DNA from: Bdellovibrio sp.
Lineage (GTDB): Bacteria; Bdellovibrionota; Bdellovibrionia; Bdellovibrionales; Bdellovibrionaceae
DNA length: 64,000 nt
NCBI GenBank assembly: GCA_036676395.1
Contig: JAKFCY010000002.1
Coordinates: 1,984,001 to 2,048,000, forward strand
Direction: 5' to 3'
A model generated the notes under the pieces. The model saw only the letters and a list, made by a program, of their open reading frames with translations, made no database searches and had not been told where the DNA came from. Of the stretch, positions 48,640 to 58,309 are shown in pieces. The position numbers and the translations under genes were made by a program. Each line of letters starts with the position of its first letter. Position 1 is the stretch's first letter.

Positions 48640-49284
48640 TTAGCCCAGGTCTTGTAGGGCCACGAGGTGGTCGCGCTTTAGAATTAAAATCGAACGTCCA
48701 TCTTGCAAAATTAATCCGTCGGCTTCAAGTTCAGCTAACGCTTTAATAACTGTTGAAACGGTGCTCGCACAAAAGTTGGCTATTTCTTGGCGCGTCCAAT
48801 TATGCTCGGGATGAAGATCTTTTAAATAAACAACTGATTGCGCTACGCGAACCTTAATTTCATTTTCTAAAATCATAACACGTTGTGTTTCGCAATGTCG
48901 CAATTCTGTGGCCAGCACTTGCACCACATCTTCAAGCAGCGACTTATCTTGGTCAATGCCCGCAAGCACTACAGCTTTAGGTACAAATTTAATGGTGGTC
49001 GGTTCTAGGGCCACAGTCGTTCCGTGATAACCCTCATTCGAAAACAACGCCCGGTGACCGAAAAATTGACTCTGTCTAAAAAATCTTAACAGGTGTTCTT
49101 TACCAGAGTGCGAACTTAAAATCGTAAGACCCACCAGCCCCGCTTTTACAAAATAAAGACCCTTGGGCATATCACCTTGAGAATAAATAGGATCACCACG
49201 CTTAAAATGCAAGGTTTGCGACTGCGCCTCAAAGTATTGGCGTATGTCAGGGTTAATGTCTGACCATAATTCTTTGCTTTTCAT
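48640..49284 (-). CDS. Crp/Fnr-family transcriptional regulator
   Basis: FKRGDPIYSQGD..KGLYFV..G, FFGHRAL cNMP-like domain; HTH TRQEIANFCASTVSTVIKAL. Confidence 0.9.
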   Translation of the reverse strand: MKSKELWSDINPDIRQYFEAQSQTLHFKRGDPIYSQGDMPKGLYFVKAGLVGLTILSSHSGKEHLLRFFRQSQFFGHRALFSNEGYHGTTVALEPTTIKFVPKAVVLAGIDQDKSLLEDVVQVLATELRHCETQRVMILENEIKVRVAQSVVYLKDLHPEHNWTRQEIANFCASTVSTVIKALAELEADGLILQDGRSILILKRDHLVALQDLG

Positions 49285-49359
49285 AGCGAAAGCTTAGCAA
49301 GCAACAACTGTAAAATACAGTGTGCGGCGCGGCCTAGACCTATTTTGTTTCATAAATGC

Positions 49360-49371
49360 TGTGCCAGCACA
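49360..49371. promoter_or_regulatory. Palindromic operator TGTGC-CA-GCACA (copy 2)
   Basis: Identical to 48610-48621; extended -10 TG-A-TATATT at 49392-49400. Confidence 0.8.
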
Positions 49372-49424
49372 TAACTTGCCTACTTGAACAGTGATATATT
49401 GAAATAGAAACAACGGAGCTTCTT

Positions 49425-50288
49425 ATGAAACCAACAGTAAAAGAATTTTTTGATCAAGCCACTTGGACCATGACTTACGTGGTTTACGATGCCGCGACAA
49501 AAGATGCCGTTATTCTTGATCCTGTCTGGGATTACGACCCGGCGGCCTCTAAAATGTCATCACAATCAGCCGAACAGGTTTTAACCTTTGTTAAAGAAAA
49601 TAAGCTTAAAGTGCATTACATTCTTGAAACCCATGCCCATGCAGACCATGTCAGCGGTTCACAAATTCTAAAAGAAAAACTTCCGGGAACAAAAGTAGGC
49701 ATTGGCGCAAAAATCACTGAAGTGCAAAAAGTTTTTAAAGATGTTTTTAATCTTGACCCGAATTTTAAAACCGACGGCAGTCAATTCGATTTACTTTTAA
49801 ACGAAGAGCAAGTGCTTGAAGCCGGAACATTAAAAATAAAAACAATCTACACCCCGGGCCACACCCCAGCCTGTTCAAGTTATGTGATTGGCGATGCAGT
49901 GTTTACCGGAGACGCCTTATTTATGCCCGACTACGGCACTGGCCGCTGTGATTTTCCGGCAGGCAGCGCAGATGATCTGTACACCTCAGTGCACGACAAA
50001 CTTTACCAACTACCAGACGATTACAGAGTGTTTGTTGGCCATGACTATTTACCCGATGGCCGGGCTTTGGCTTTTGAAACAACCATCGCCGAAGAAAAAG
50101 CTAAGAATGTGCAACTCAAACACGACACCAGTCGCCATCAATTTGTCGAATTTAGAAATACCAGAGATAAGACCTTAGCGGCACCAAGATTAATTTTACC
50201 CAGTGTACAAGTAAACATTGATGCCGGAAAACTTCCGGCACCAGAAAAAAATGGCACAAGTTATCTGAAAATTCCGATAAGGTCTTAA
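49425..50288 (+). CDS. Persulfide dioxygenase (ETHE1/Blh-like MBL fold)
   Basis: [56 protein letters not shown]. Confidence 0.9.
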   Translation: MKPTVKEFFDQATWTMTYVVYDAATKDAVILDPVWDYDPAASKMSSQSAEQVLTFVKENKLKVHYILETHAHADHVSGSQILKEKLPGTKVGIGAKITEVQKVFKDVFNLDPNFKTDGSQFDLLLNEEQVLEAGTLKIKTIYTPGHTPACSSYVIGDAVFTGDALFMPDYGTGRCDFPAGSADDLYTSVHDKLYQLPDDYRVFVGHDYLPDGRALAFETTIAEEKAKNVQLKHDTSRHQFVEFRNTRDKTLAAPRLILPSVQVNIDAGKLPAPEKNGTSYLKIPIRS

Positions 50289-50482
50289 AACTTCTTATTA
50301 ATTTTGCACGTGTTAATTCCAAAGATTGCATAAGGTGGGCACCAGCCCATCAAACCAGTCAGTAAAGGAATTAACCCAAGCAAAAACCAATAATTTACAG
50401 GCCCCCAGAATGCCATTGATGTTAAAAAAATGCCGACGGCAATTCGCACGATTCTTTCAGTAGGATGGATATTTTTTTTCAT
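50285..50482 (-). CDS. DUF2892 (YgaP-like) small membrane protein
   Basis: MKKNI..ER..RI.VG, PLLTG..GWCP.Y..FGINTC. Confidence 0.85.
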   Translation of the reverse strand: MKKNIHPTERIVRIAVGIFLTSMAFWGPVNYWFLLGLIPLLTGLMGWCPPYAIFGINTCKINKKF

Positions 50483-51288
50483 ATTTTTCTCTCAGTGCTT
50501 TCAAAAATTTTATTTGCAGAATCGGCAACAAATCCCTGAAAGATTTCTCCACTTTTTGTGGGATATCGTTTAGCAAATTCATAATAACAAGCCGGAATAT
50601 CAAATTCACCCTCTGCAAACGAGACGGGAACCCTATTTGCCATGGTTGAACTTTGTTCAAGATAAACAGCAGGGCTTCCTTTAATGGCGCCACCAGCCGT
50701 GTTTAAAATAAAGCCATTTTCTAGCAAAAATGAATTTAACTCTTCCATGCAGTTTAATTTTTTAAGGTGATTCACATCAACAGTAAAATGATTGGGTCTA
50801 AAACCATGCGCATAAACCCAAGCCACATATTCACTTTCAAGAAGTAATTTTTTATAAACTTCATAACTAGCGGGCCAAGGGCGCCCCAAGTACATAAAGG
50901 CAAGACTATCCATTTTTGTTTTATCCATCTGAGCCACTACATTATTGACGACGTCTTGTAAAAAAGATGACCCTTGGGTTAAATCAAATTCAGAAATAAA
51001 TACTTTAGGCATGCATATATCAATATGTTCAAAATGTTTGGCTTTTAATTTTTTCGCCGCAAAATCATAGACCCCGACTTGCTTGTAGCCATAATTTAAA
51101 AAATGCTGGCTTAAAATGTCGGTCGTTATAACTGGATGTGAAAAAGTTCGAAAAGCGATGTGATCATTGACCACTTCTTCGCCAGCCGTTGTCAGGGCCT
51201 GATAAACGGCTTTGGCCTGTGGGTTAAGACTACAATAATCGATCCACATTTTTTTTAAATGAACGGAAAGTTCTTGTTTTTTTGTCAT
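50479..51288 (-). CDS. DUF1338 family protein (2-oxoacid dioxygenase/decarboxylase-like)
   Basis: NDHIAFRT, PKVFISE, ESEY.AW, NHFT, GGAIKGSP..LEQSST.A, YYEFAKR. Confidence 0.85.
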   Translation of the reverse strand: MTKKQELSVHLKKMWIDYCSLNPQAKAVYQALTTAGEEVVNDHIAFRTFSHPVITTDILSQHFLNYGYKQVGVYDFAAKKLKAKHFEHIDICMPKVFISEFDLTQGSSFLQDVVNNVVAQMDKTKMDSLAFMYLGRPWPASYEVYKKLLLESEYVAWVYAHGFRPNHFTVDVNHLKKLNCMEELNSFLLENGFILNTAGGAIKGSPAVYLEQSSTMANRVPVSFAEGEFDIPACYYEFAKRYPTKSGEIFQGFVADSANKIFESTERKI

Positions 51289-51566
51289 GGGTTCTCCTTA
51301 TTTTGACTTGGATAAGTTTTGCTTAATTCAATGAGTGATTGCACAAAATTTTTTATGCGATCGGATGTTGTATTTTTGTCTAAAGATTGAATAAACCTAA
51401 AATAAACTTCTCGCTCCTGAGCTTCATCAATAATTGGACAGTCCGTAATTTGTTTGAGTTTAAAAATATCTTCCGCCAGTGTTATGCGTTGTTGGCAAAG
51501 TAAAACAATTTGCTGATCAAGTTCACCGATTTGTTGACGTTTTTTTTCAATCGCCTCATTAATCAT
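51285..51566 (-). CDS. Stand-alone type II (AroQ-like) chorismate mutase
   Basis: IE..R.QI.ELDQQIV.L..QR..LA..I..LK....PI.D..QE..V; start overlaps the trhP stop. Confidence 0.75.
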   Translation of the reverse strand: MINEAIEKKRQQIGELDQQIVLLCQQRITLAEDIFKLKQITDCPIIDEAQEREVYFRFIQSLDKNTTSDRIKNFVQSLIELSKTYPSQNKENP

Positions 51567-52812
51567 TGTCACCTACCAAAAGCGATCCTTCTTGTGCTCC
51601 GGAAAAACCATCGGCGTAGACATGAAATTCACCGCTACCGGAATGCACTTCATTTCTCTCTTCACCCTTGCTGTCAGTCACTTTTAAAATCTGAATGCGC
51701 TGCGAAGATCCATCTGGACAAATCAGACCCATCGATTGTCCTGGGTAGACCTTATTTTTTATTTCAACAAGGGCTTGCTGAGAATTAATAATTTTTTTTA
51801 CCAGTCCGACGAATTTGTAGTCTGGATTATAAGTGGTACTAGATTGATAATTCTGGCCTTGATGGTTTGGATTTTCAAACATAAAGCCTGTATGATAACC
51901 CCGGTTGGTTAACTTATTCAGTTCATTCTGCCAATAAGGATTAAAAGGTTTATTCGCCGTCAAATCATCTAAAGCCCCGCGGTAAGCTCTTGCCACCATA
52001 GCAGCATAAAATTCAGATTTGGTGCGCCCTTCGACTTTAAAAGAAATGACACCGGCCTCTGCCAATTGCTGCAAATGAGCTATCATACATAGATCTTTTG
52101 CATTTAAAATGTAAGTGCCTTCCGCGTCTTCTTCGATTTGAAATTGCGAAGCGGAATTATCATCGGTGCGTTCGATAAAATGCTGCTTTTCTGTGAGCTT
52201 ATATTTTTCACGGCAAGAGTTATCGCACACGCCTTGATTGGCATCTCGGCGCCCCATATACGAAGAAAGTAAACACCGGCCAGAATAGGCAATGCAAATT
52301 GAACCATGCACAAATGCCTCAAGCTCAACGTCCGGAACTCTTTGTTTGATTTCAGAAATTTCTGCGATCGACAATTCGCGACTTAGAATAACACGCTCAA
52401 CGTTTAATGTTTCTCTCCAGAACTTAACAGCTTGCCAGTTCATGCAATTTGCTTGAACCGAAAGATGAATAGGAATTTCAGGAGCTAACTCACGTGTTAT
52501 TGCAATTAAACCGGGGTCACTCATAATAAAAGCGTCAGGCTTAAGATTGGCGTATTTTGAAATTTCATTTCTAAATGGGCTTAATTTTCGGTTACGTGCA
52601 AAAATATTTAAGGCCATGTAAACTTTTTTTTGCTTTTGCTGAGTATAACGAATGGTCTCGGCCATTGTTTCAAGATCAAACTCATTTTCACGCGCACGCA
52701 AACTAAACAAAGGTGGCCCTAGGTAAACCGCATCGGCACCGTAGGCCAAAGCCAATTTCATTTTTACAGGCGATCCGGCTGGCATAAGTAATTCAAGTTT
52801 GTTAAAGCTCAT
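51559..52812 (-). CDS. trhP: Peptidase U32 family tRNA U34 hydroxylase (TrhP/YegQ type)
   Basis: ELLMPAG, YGADAVY.G...FSLRAR.N, IHLSVQAN, EAFVHG..CIAYSGRCLLS.Y..RDANQG.C.NSCR, FKVEGRTKS..Y, C-terminal beta-barrel. Confidence 0.85.
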   Translation of the reverse strand: MSFNKLELLMPAGSPVKMKLALAYGADAVYLGPPLFSLRARENEFDLETMAETIRYTQQKQKKVYMALNIFARNRKLSPFRNEISKYANLKPDAFIMSDPGLIAITRELAPEIPIHLSVQANCMNWQAVKFWRETLNVERVILSRELSIAEISEIKQRVPDVELEAFVHGSICIAYSGRCLLSSYMGRRDANQGVCDNSCREKYKLTEKQHFIERTDDNSASQFQIEEDAEGTYILNAKDLCMIAHLQQLAEAGVISFKVEGRTKSEFYAAMVARAYRGALDDLTANKPFNPYWQNELNKLTNRGYHTGFMFENPNHQGQNYQSSTTYNPDYKFVGLVKKIINSQQALVEIKNKVYPGQSMGLICPDGSSQRIQILKVTDSKGEERNEVHSGSGEFHVYADGFSGAQEGSLLVGDND

Positions 52813-52829
52813 ATTCCACGACCATCCAA

Positions 52830-53450
52830 TTACCAAGCAGTTCGCGGCTCTATGCGGGGATTCATAATTTGAAATCTATCATTAAGCTGCAAACCAAGGT
52901 CTGCGTGACTAAAACTTAAAAGTTTTCCGTATTTAAGGAATGTTTCACAAAAATCAGGTTCAATCCTATAGAGATAAATTTGCTGAACACCTTGGTTGTT
53001 CTGTTTGCGCATAGCAAATGAACTTTTAGAGGTGCAACCGCCACTTCGAACTTGTATGAAAACACCATGATTATTGTTATAATGGCCATACACTGCTTCT
53101 AAAGGAACCTCAGCTTTTGCTCTGGGTGCGACATAAGGATTCATAATTTTGAAGCGATCACGATATTGTAATCCTAAGTCTTCATAAGTAAAATTGAGTA
53201 TCATTCCATATCTAAAAAACGCTTTACATAAATCTGGTTTAATTCTGTAAAAATAGATAAGCGCCACGCCTCTGGAATTCTGTTTTTGTACTGCGAAAGA
53301 ATCTTTACTTGTACACCCGCCACTGAAAACTTGAATACTGACACCTGACTGATTATAAAAATCCCCATAGAGAGACTCTAAAGTAGGTGTAGTGTGGCCA
53401 CTAATTGAGAATAATAACGCTACCGTCATCAAAATAACTTTGTTTTTCAT
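52830..53450 (-). CDS. Secreted protein with an internally duplicated ~85-aa two-Cys domain
   Basis: Two copies of YG..GV.IQV.SGGCTSK.SFA...R.PD.C..F..YG..DLGLQ..DRF.IMNP. Confidence 0.75.
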   Translation of the reverse strand: MKNKVILMTVALLFSISGHTTPTLESLYGDFYNQSGVSIQVFSGGCTSKDSFAVQKQNSRGVALIYFYRIKPDLCKAFFRYGMILNFTYEDLGLQYRDRFKIMNPYVAPRAKAEVPLEAVYGHYNNNHGVFIQVRSGGCTSKSSFAMRKQNNQGVQQIYLYRIEPDFCETFLKYGKLLSFSHADLGLQLNDRFQIMNPRIEPRTAW

Positions 53451-53872
53451 TGATTGCCTTTAACTTTCTTTAATATATAAATAATTTCTTCATCTCCCAA
53501 TTGAACATGAAGATGTAATTCTGAATCTGAAACATCTAGCTGTGACTGGGTTTGTCGCCCGAGCTGCATATCTGGATCTTTTTGACAATCGAAGGCATTG
53601 TCTGGATTGAGTGCAAAAACTTTTTCGCTGAGGATTCCCAAACTATATTGAAAGCTTGCGAACCGCTCGCAAAAAGCCATCTCGCTTCTATCCCAATAAA
53701 GTCTTTCTGTGCCATTCGAATAGAAGGTCCAAGTTAAATTTAAGTTGGGATCAGGTCTTGGAATACGCTGGCCCCGATAAATGAGTTCTTCGTACTTCCA
53801 CTCTCCGAATAGGATTTCTGCGCGCAGCGATTGACAAGCCAGCAATAAAAATAGGGTAATTAGAAGTTTCAT
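53447..53872 (-). CDS. Secreted lipocalin-like protein
   Basis: Signal peptide, LFGEWK motif, F..NGT; ATG 53872 overlaps the peptidase stop. Confidence 0.6.
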   Translation of the reverse strand: MKLLITLFLLLACQSLRAEILFGEWKYEELIYRGQRIPRPDPNLNLTWTFYSNGTERLYWDRSEMAFCERFASFQYSLGILSEKVFALNPDNAFDCQKDPDMQLGRQTQSQLDVSDSELHLHVQLGDEEIIYILKKVKGNQ

Positions 53873-55230
53873 TCTTGCCATCCCCTGCTCTCTAAAATCG
53901 CCAGCACTTTCAAGCGGACACTCGCCTCTTCATTTTTCAAAACATCAACCAGCTCTTCTTCGAACGAATCAAAATTTGAAGCCGGTGTTAATCTGAGCAA
54001 TGTATTCCAAGCTAGCCTTTGAGAAGCCACTGGCCCAATAGTTTGCCTAAATTGCCATAGCAATCCTGCAACAATTCCCGAATCATGATAAAGACCGTCA
54101 TTAATATCGGTGCGCTTTAAATTGTTATCAATCGTTCGCTTGTAGCCAGCTTTTTTGTATGAGGCCTCGCCAAGTTTTGGATTATCTAAAATACTTGCGG
54201 TGAAAAAATCGGCGAAAGCCTCATTCAGTGAACCGCCTTGACCATCGTAAGGAAGGGACGCTGTTGCTTGAATTACAGCATGGATAGATTCATGGATGAC
54301 GATGGATGGATCAAGGGCCATTCCTAAAAAGACGATTCCATCACCTTCACCAAGACGAATTTTATAATTATAATAAAACGCGGTATTTGTTTTTTCAGGA
54401 AAGCCTACCGAAGTTTCAACCTCTAATAAAAATGGCAGCTGAAATTTGAAATTTTCTAAAAACCAATCTGCCGTCTGATTTAAATAAAAGTAAACCTGAA
54501 CCTGCTCAAACCGCCCGTCAGATTGGGGATATAAAAACTGATTTTTTTCTGCTCGAGCTAAGATTCCTGATTTAGGGGTGATTTTGAACCACTTAGAATT
54601 AAGCATTCCTTCATCAGAAACCCTTTTTAAAATGACCTGAGCGACTTTGCTTTGTAATGGACCCATGGGATAAAGCAATGCTGTTGCATCAACAAATTCT
54701 GAGCCCAGTTTTTTTACCGTCACGACATTTAAGAATTTATCTAAATACACTGCCGTCAGGTGACCATCTTTTTCTTCAAGAATCACTTTCCAGTTTAATT
54801 GTAAATCATCAGCACGAATAATTAATTTTGGGGTTTCAATTAACTTTTTTGCAGAAAATTCTGAGTGCGATTTAATAAATCCAGCGACAAAATACCTTTC
54901 GTTTTTCATCAATGAAATCTCGGTTTGAAGACTTAGCGGAATACGTTCAAGCCAACGCTGTGTAATAAATTTACTTTCGTTAACATCGAAGATTCGCTTA
55001 TAGAAACTTCCTTCAATCTCAACGCCGCTGATTTTTTGAGTTTGAAACTCAAGTTGTAAATCACCGACATTCAACGATTTACTTTCTGCTTTTAAATTTG
55101 GTGGAATTAGAACAGAATCAGTGCCACTGCTTTTACTCCAACGTAATGGAGTTAGCTTGTACGGCGCGCAGGACTGTACCGTCATTGCGAAAAAACAAAC
55201 TAGTAAAAGTATCGTTTGAATTCTATTCAT
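53869..55230 (-). CDS. Thermolysin/fungalysin-like (M4/M36) metallopeptidase lipoprotein
   Basis: VQSC lipobox; NTAFY, G.GDG, D.SIVIHESIH, GGSLNEAFADF, YHDSG. Confidence 0.85.
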   Translation of the reverse strand: MNRIQTILLLVCFFAMTVQSCAPYKLTPLRWSKSSGTDSVLIPPNLKAESKSLNVGDLQLEFQTQKISGVEIEGSFYKRIFDVNESKFITQRWLERIPLSLQTEISLMKNERYFVAGFIKSHSEFSAKKLIETPKLIIRADDLQLNWKVILEEKDGHLTAVYLDKFLNVVTVKKLGSEFVDATALLYPMGPLQSKVAQVILKRVSDEGMLNSKWFKITPKSGILARAEKNQFLYPQSDGRFEQVQVYFYLNQTADWFLENFKFQLPFLLEVETSVGFPEKTNTAFYYNYKIRLGEGDGIVFLGMALDPSIVIHESIHAVIQATASLPYDGQGGSLNEAFADFFTASILDNPKLGEASYKKAGYKRTIDNNLKRTDINDGLYHDSGIVAGLLWQFRQTIGPVASQRLAWNTLLRLTPASNFDSFEEELVDVLKNEEASVRLKVLAILESRGWQE

Positions 55231-55250
55231 AACACCACCGGTTTATTTTT

Positions 55251-55667
55251 TTATTCGATTTTTAAAGTTTTTTGTAAGTAAGTTCCATCGCCATTTAAAA
55301 ACTTAAGAGTATGTTGGCCTGATGCGAGTTTTCCCAAACGAACATCATGGTTAAATGGCACTAAAACCATAATGCATAAGCCCTGGCTTACAGCTGCAAC
55401 GGCTTTAATTTCATGTTCATAAGTACTTGTCTCGGCAACTTCTGCGCGTAACCAGCGATAACATCCGTTGGGATATACACCATTCACGACAACGTAAGCA
55501 TCTGCTTCAGAGTCAAAGCCACCCGGAATAAAAGCATCGCTGATCGAAATATCAACTTCTTTTGTTTCTACAGCGTTGGTTTTTGCATTGGCAATATTAG
55601 CAGCAGCTAAGGCTAAAGCGGTAATTGTAAGTGCTTTTAAAAAAGATTTCATTTTTTGTGTTTTCAT
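55251..55667 (-). CDS. Secreted small beta-rich protein with two Cys
   Basis: Signal peptide; FIP.GFDS, G.YPNGCY, CIMVLVPF, LG.L..G. Confidence 0.7.
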   Translation of the reverse strand: MKTQKMKSFLKALTITALALAAANIANAKTNAVETKEVDISISDAFIPGGFDSEADAYVVVNGVYPNGCYRWLRAEVAETSTYEHEIKAVAAVSQGLCIMVLVPFNHDVRLGKLASGQHTLKFLNGDGTYLQKTLKIE

Positions 55668-55717
55668 AACTTCCTTTGTTTTTTTGTTATCAGCAAATCG
55701 CTGTTGATCTAGACCTT

Positions 55718-55733
55718 AGCAAGTGCTGCTCCA
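55718..55733 (-). promoter_or_regulatory. Sigma-54 promoter of the 55667-50285 unit
   Basis: TGGAGC-AGCAC-TTGCT, GG-N10-GC. Confidence 0.65.
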
Positions 55734-55772
55734 AGGCCAGACCATGATAAATTTGTTTAGAAGTTATTTTTT

Positions 55773-55816
55773 TGACAACGTGGCTTAACTTAGAAGTTTT
55801 TAATGACAAGATGGCG
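55773..55816. promoter_or_regulatory. Candidate enhancer pair (TGACAAnnTGGC twice, 31 bp apart)
   Basis: TGACAACGTGGCT at 55773 and TGACAAGATGGCG at 55804. Confidence 0.7.
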
Positions 55817-55828
55817 TGATTAATTTTT

Positions 55829-56650
55829 TTAAGGACAAACTAAAACAGGCACATTCGCTGAACGGATGACTTTACTTGCAACACTTCCAAGCGTTGGAAA
55901 TCTACTGCTCTTGTCGCGCGGTGCAACAGCAACTAAATCGAAATTTTTAGCTCGGTTAACGACTTTATCAACCACATCACCTTTTTCTCTGACTGCTTTA
56001 AGGTGGGGATGGCTTTTTTGAAACTGCTTAAAATTAAACTCGTCGCCTGACATGATTTCACCATAAACATTAGTCCATTCAGGATAATCAAACATATACA
56101 CGGGCACGTGCGCCACATGATAAATCTCTAATTCTGATTTGAAGATATGACTAAATTTATCGACCTGATTCAAAATATGATCGGTTTGAGTTCCAAGATC
56201 AGACGGAACCAGAACTTTTTTCGGCAATATAACTTTGGCGCCACGATGAATCCAAACCGGAAATGGAGATTTTGTTGCCAGCCACTCAGCTGTGCTACCC
56301 AGAAAAAAATTTAGAATTGGGCTGAATCCCTTATGGCCGACCATAATCATTGGGTCTGCAAATTTCTTAGCTGCAGCAATCACTTGTTTAGCCGGATAAC
56401 CGTAGCGAATAATAATGTTGTCAGTGTCACCAAGATCATAGGTGGCTTTGATTTGATCGACTAAAGTTTTTCGTAAATCTTTTTTAGCCCCATGAATGGC
56501 ATAATCAAATTCAAAGGCATGAACATAAGTCACTGGCACTTTCATTTCATGGCCAAGTTTTTGGGCTTCTTTAACAACAAGTCTTGAGTAGTCAGACAAA
56601 TCCAGGGCGACGATAAGATTTTTAATACTTTTTAGCGGGCTTTTTTTCAT
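55829..56650 (-). CDS. Tandem-domain universal stress protein (paralog 2)
   Basis: LIVALDLS, FFLGSTAE..SPFPVW, LGSVASKVIR. Confidence 0.9.
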   Translation of the reverse strand: MKKSPLKSIKNLIVALDLSDYSRLVVKEAQKLGHEMKVPVTYVHAFEFDYAIHGAKKDLRKTLVDQIKATYDLGDTDNIIIRYGYPAKQVIAAAKKFADPMIMVGHKGFSPILNFFLGSTAEWLATKSPFPVWIHRGAKVILPKKVLVPSDLGTQTDHILNQVDKFSHIFKSELEIYHVAHVPVYMFDYPEWTNVYGEIMSGDEFNFKQFQKSHPHLKAVREKGDVVDKVVNRAKNFDLVAVAPRDKSSRFPTLGSVASKVIRSANVPVLVCP

Positions 56651-56660
56651 GACGTTTCTC

Positions 56661-57665
56661 CTAAATTGATGAAACTGTTTTAGATTGCGATACAGAACCT
56701 TCGAGTTGAAATTCTTTAATACTTTCTAGAGTTGTTTGCGCGATATGCGCTAGAGCTTCCTGAGTCAGGAAAGCCTGATGCGAAGTGACCAACACATTGG
56801 GAAAAGTCAGAAATCTTGCCAAAGTATCATCTTGCAAAACTTTATTAGAAAGATCATGAAAGAAAACACCTTCTTCTTCTTCGTAAACGTCTAAGCCAGC
56901 TGCGCCAATTTTACCGCTTTTTAAACCGAACAGGAGCGCTTTGCTATCAAGTAGCGCGCCCCGTCCCGTATTTATAATGAAAACACCATCTTTCATTTGT
57001 TCAATTCGGGCGCGATCCAATAGATGATGAGTGCTGGGTGTCAGGGGCACATGAAGTGAAATAATATCTGATTCTTTAACCAAGGTCTCTAAATCGGTGT
57101 ACGTGACGACCCCATCTTTTTCAAGATCAGTATCAACTTTGATATCATAAGCTAATACTCGGCACCCAAAACCTTTCATTATATGACACATAACTTGACC
57201 GATGCGTCCCGTACCGACAATACCAATTGTTTTACCAAAAAGATCAAAGCCAACTAGCCCATCAAGTGAAAAATTTAATTCTCTGACTCTTGAGTGCGAC
57301 CTGTGAATTTTTCGGTTAAGTGTTAGTAATAGTCCTACTGCAAATTCAGCGACTGCATGTGGAGAATAGGCTGGTACACGCGCAACAACTATTTTGTTTT
57401 GCGCGGCCGTGCTGATATCGACATGATTATAACCCGCTGACCTTAAAGCAATGAGCTTAACTCCCAGCCTGCTTAAAATTTCAATGCACTCGCTATCAAT
57501 TTTATCATTAACAAATGAACATATGACATCGGCATTCTTAGCTAAGAATGCCGTCTTGGCTGTCAGACGTATTTCTAAAAAGTCGATATCGAAATCGAAC
57601 TTTTCATTTATTTTACAAAAAACTTCTTTTTCAAAGCCATGAGTATCAAAAAAAGCAATTTTCAT
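56661..57665 (-). CDS. ldhA: D-lactate dehydrogenase (D-2-hydroxyacid dehydrogenase)
   Basis: FVND, ALRSAGYNHVD, RVPAYSPHAVAE, GTGRIG, INTGRG, DVYEEE, TSHQAFLT. Confidence 0.9.
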   Translation of the reverse strand: MKIAFFDTHGFEKEVFCKINEKFDFDIDFLEIRLTAKTAFLAKNADVICSFVNDKIDSECIEILSRLGVKLIALRSAGYNHVDISTAAQNKIVVARVPAYSPHAVAEFAVGLLLTLNRKIHRSHSRVRELNFSLDGLVGFDLFGKTIGIVGTGRIGQVMCHIMKGFGCRVLAYDIKVDTDLEKDGVVTYTDLETLVKESDIISLHVPLTPSTHHLLDRARIEQMKDGVFIINTGRGALLDSKALLFGLKSGKIGAAGLDVYEEEEGVFFHDLSNKVLQDDTLARFLTFPNVLVTSHQAFLTQEALAHIAQTTLESIKEFQLEGSVSQSKTVSSI

Positions 57666-58306
57666 TTAGCGACCTCTTTAGTTTTACTGCAAGCTGGTAA
57701 AAATGGACTGACCGTTTTTACGGCCCTGTAGATTTTTTCTGAAAAAAAATCTTCGCTCGAAATTTGGTGATATTTAGGATGGTTTTTCCAAACCTCATGA
57801 ATTTTATGATCAATAAGAATGGCTGCCTCTGCTGTTTCAATTCTTTGGGGATTATGATGATTATAGTCTTTCACTGCCGGCGCCCGCAGGTGAATCACGG
57901 CTTCATACTTGGCGTATTCTTTTTCTTTAGTTGTATTTAAACTTTTAAAAAAGTCATCTTCTGATCCTGGCCAGTACGCCAGGCCATCAAGGCTTCCGCG
58001 GTCGCACAATCCTAATGACCAACGTTTTTCTTCTTTAAACATAGTCTCTAATTCTTTTTGTACTTCAAAAATAGCACGTTGTGCCGATCGTTCACCGGTG
58101 ACGCCAGAAATTCTCCAAAATCCACCGCTAAATAAAATGCTGGCAGCCTCTGGAAGTATTGCCACATGCTCACAAAAAATTTTTCTAAAAAATTCTAAAA
58201 CGGCAGTTTTTCCGGCGCCTGGTCCGCCGGTCAAAACGATAAGACGCGGAGGCTGTTCAACAGCACCGGAACAAGGTCGGTCACAATTGTAAACTTGTTG
58301 GTTCAT
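57662..58306 (-). CDS. P-loop ATPase/kinase, AAA_28 (NadR/Ttd14-like)
   Basis: IVLTGGPGAGKT, PEAASILF.GGF, CDRG.LDG.AY, N..R.E. Confidence 0.8.
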   Translation of the reverse strand: MNQQVYNCDRPCSGAVEQPPRLIVLTGGPGAGKTAVLEFFRKIFCEHVAILPEAASILFSGGFWRISGVTGERSAQRAIFEVQKELETMFKEEKRWSLGLCDRGSLDGLAYWPGSEDDFFKSLNTTKEKEYAKYEAVIHLRAPAVKDYNHHNPQRIETAEAAILIDHKIHEVWKNHPKYHQISSEDFFSEKIYRAVKTVSPFLPACSKTKEVAK

Positions 58307-58309
58307 AAA

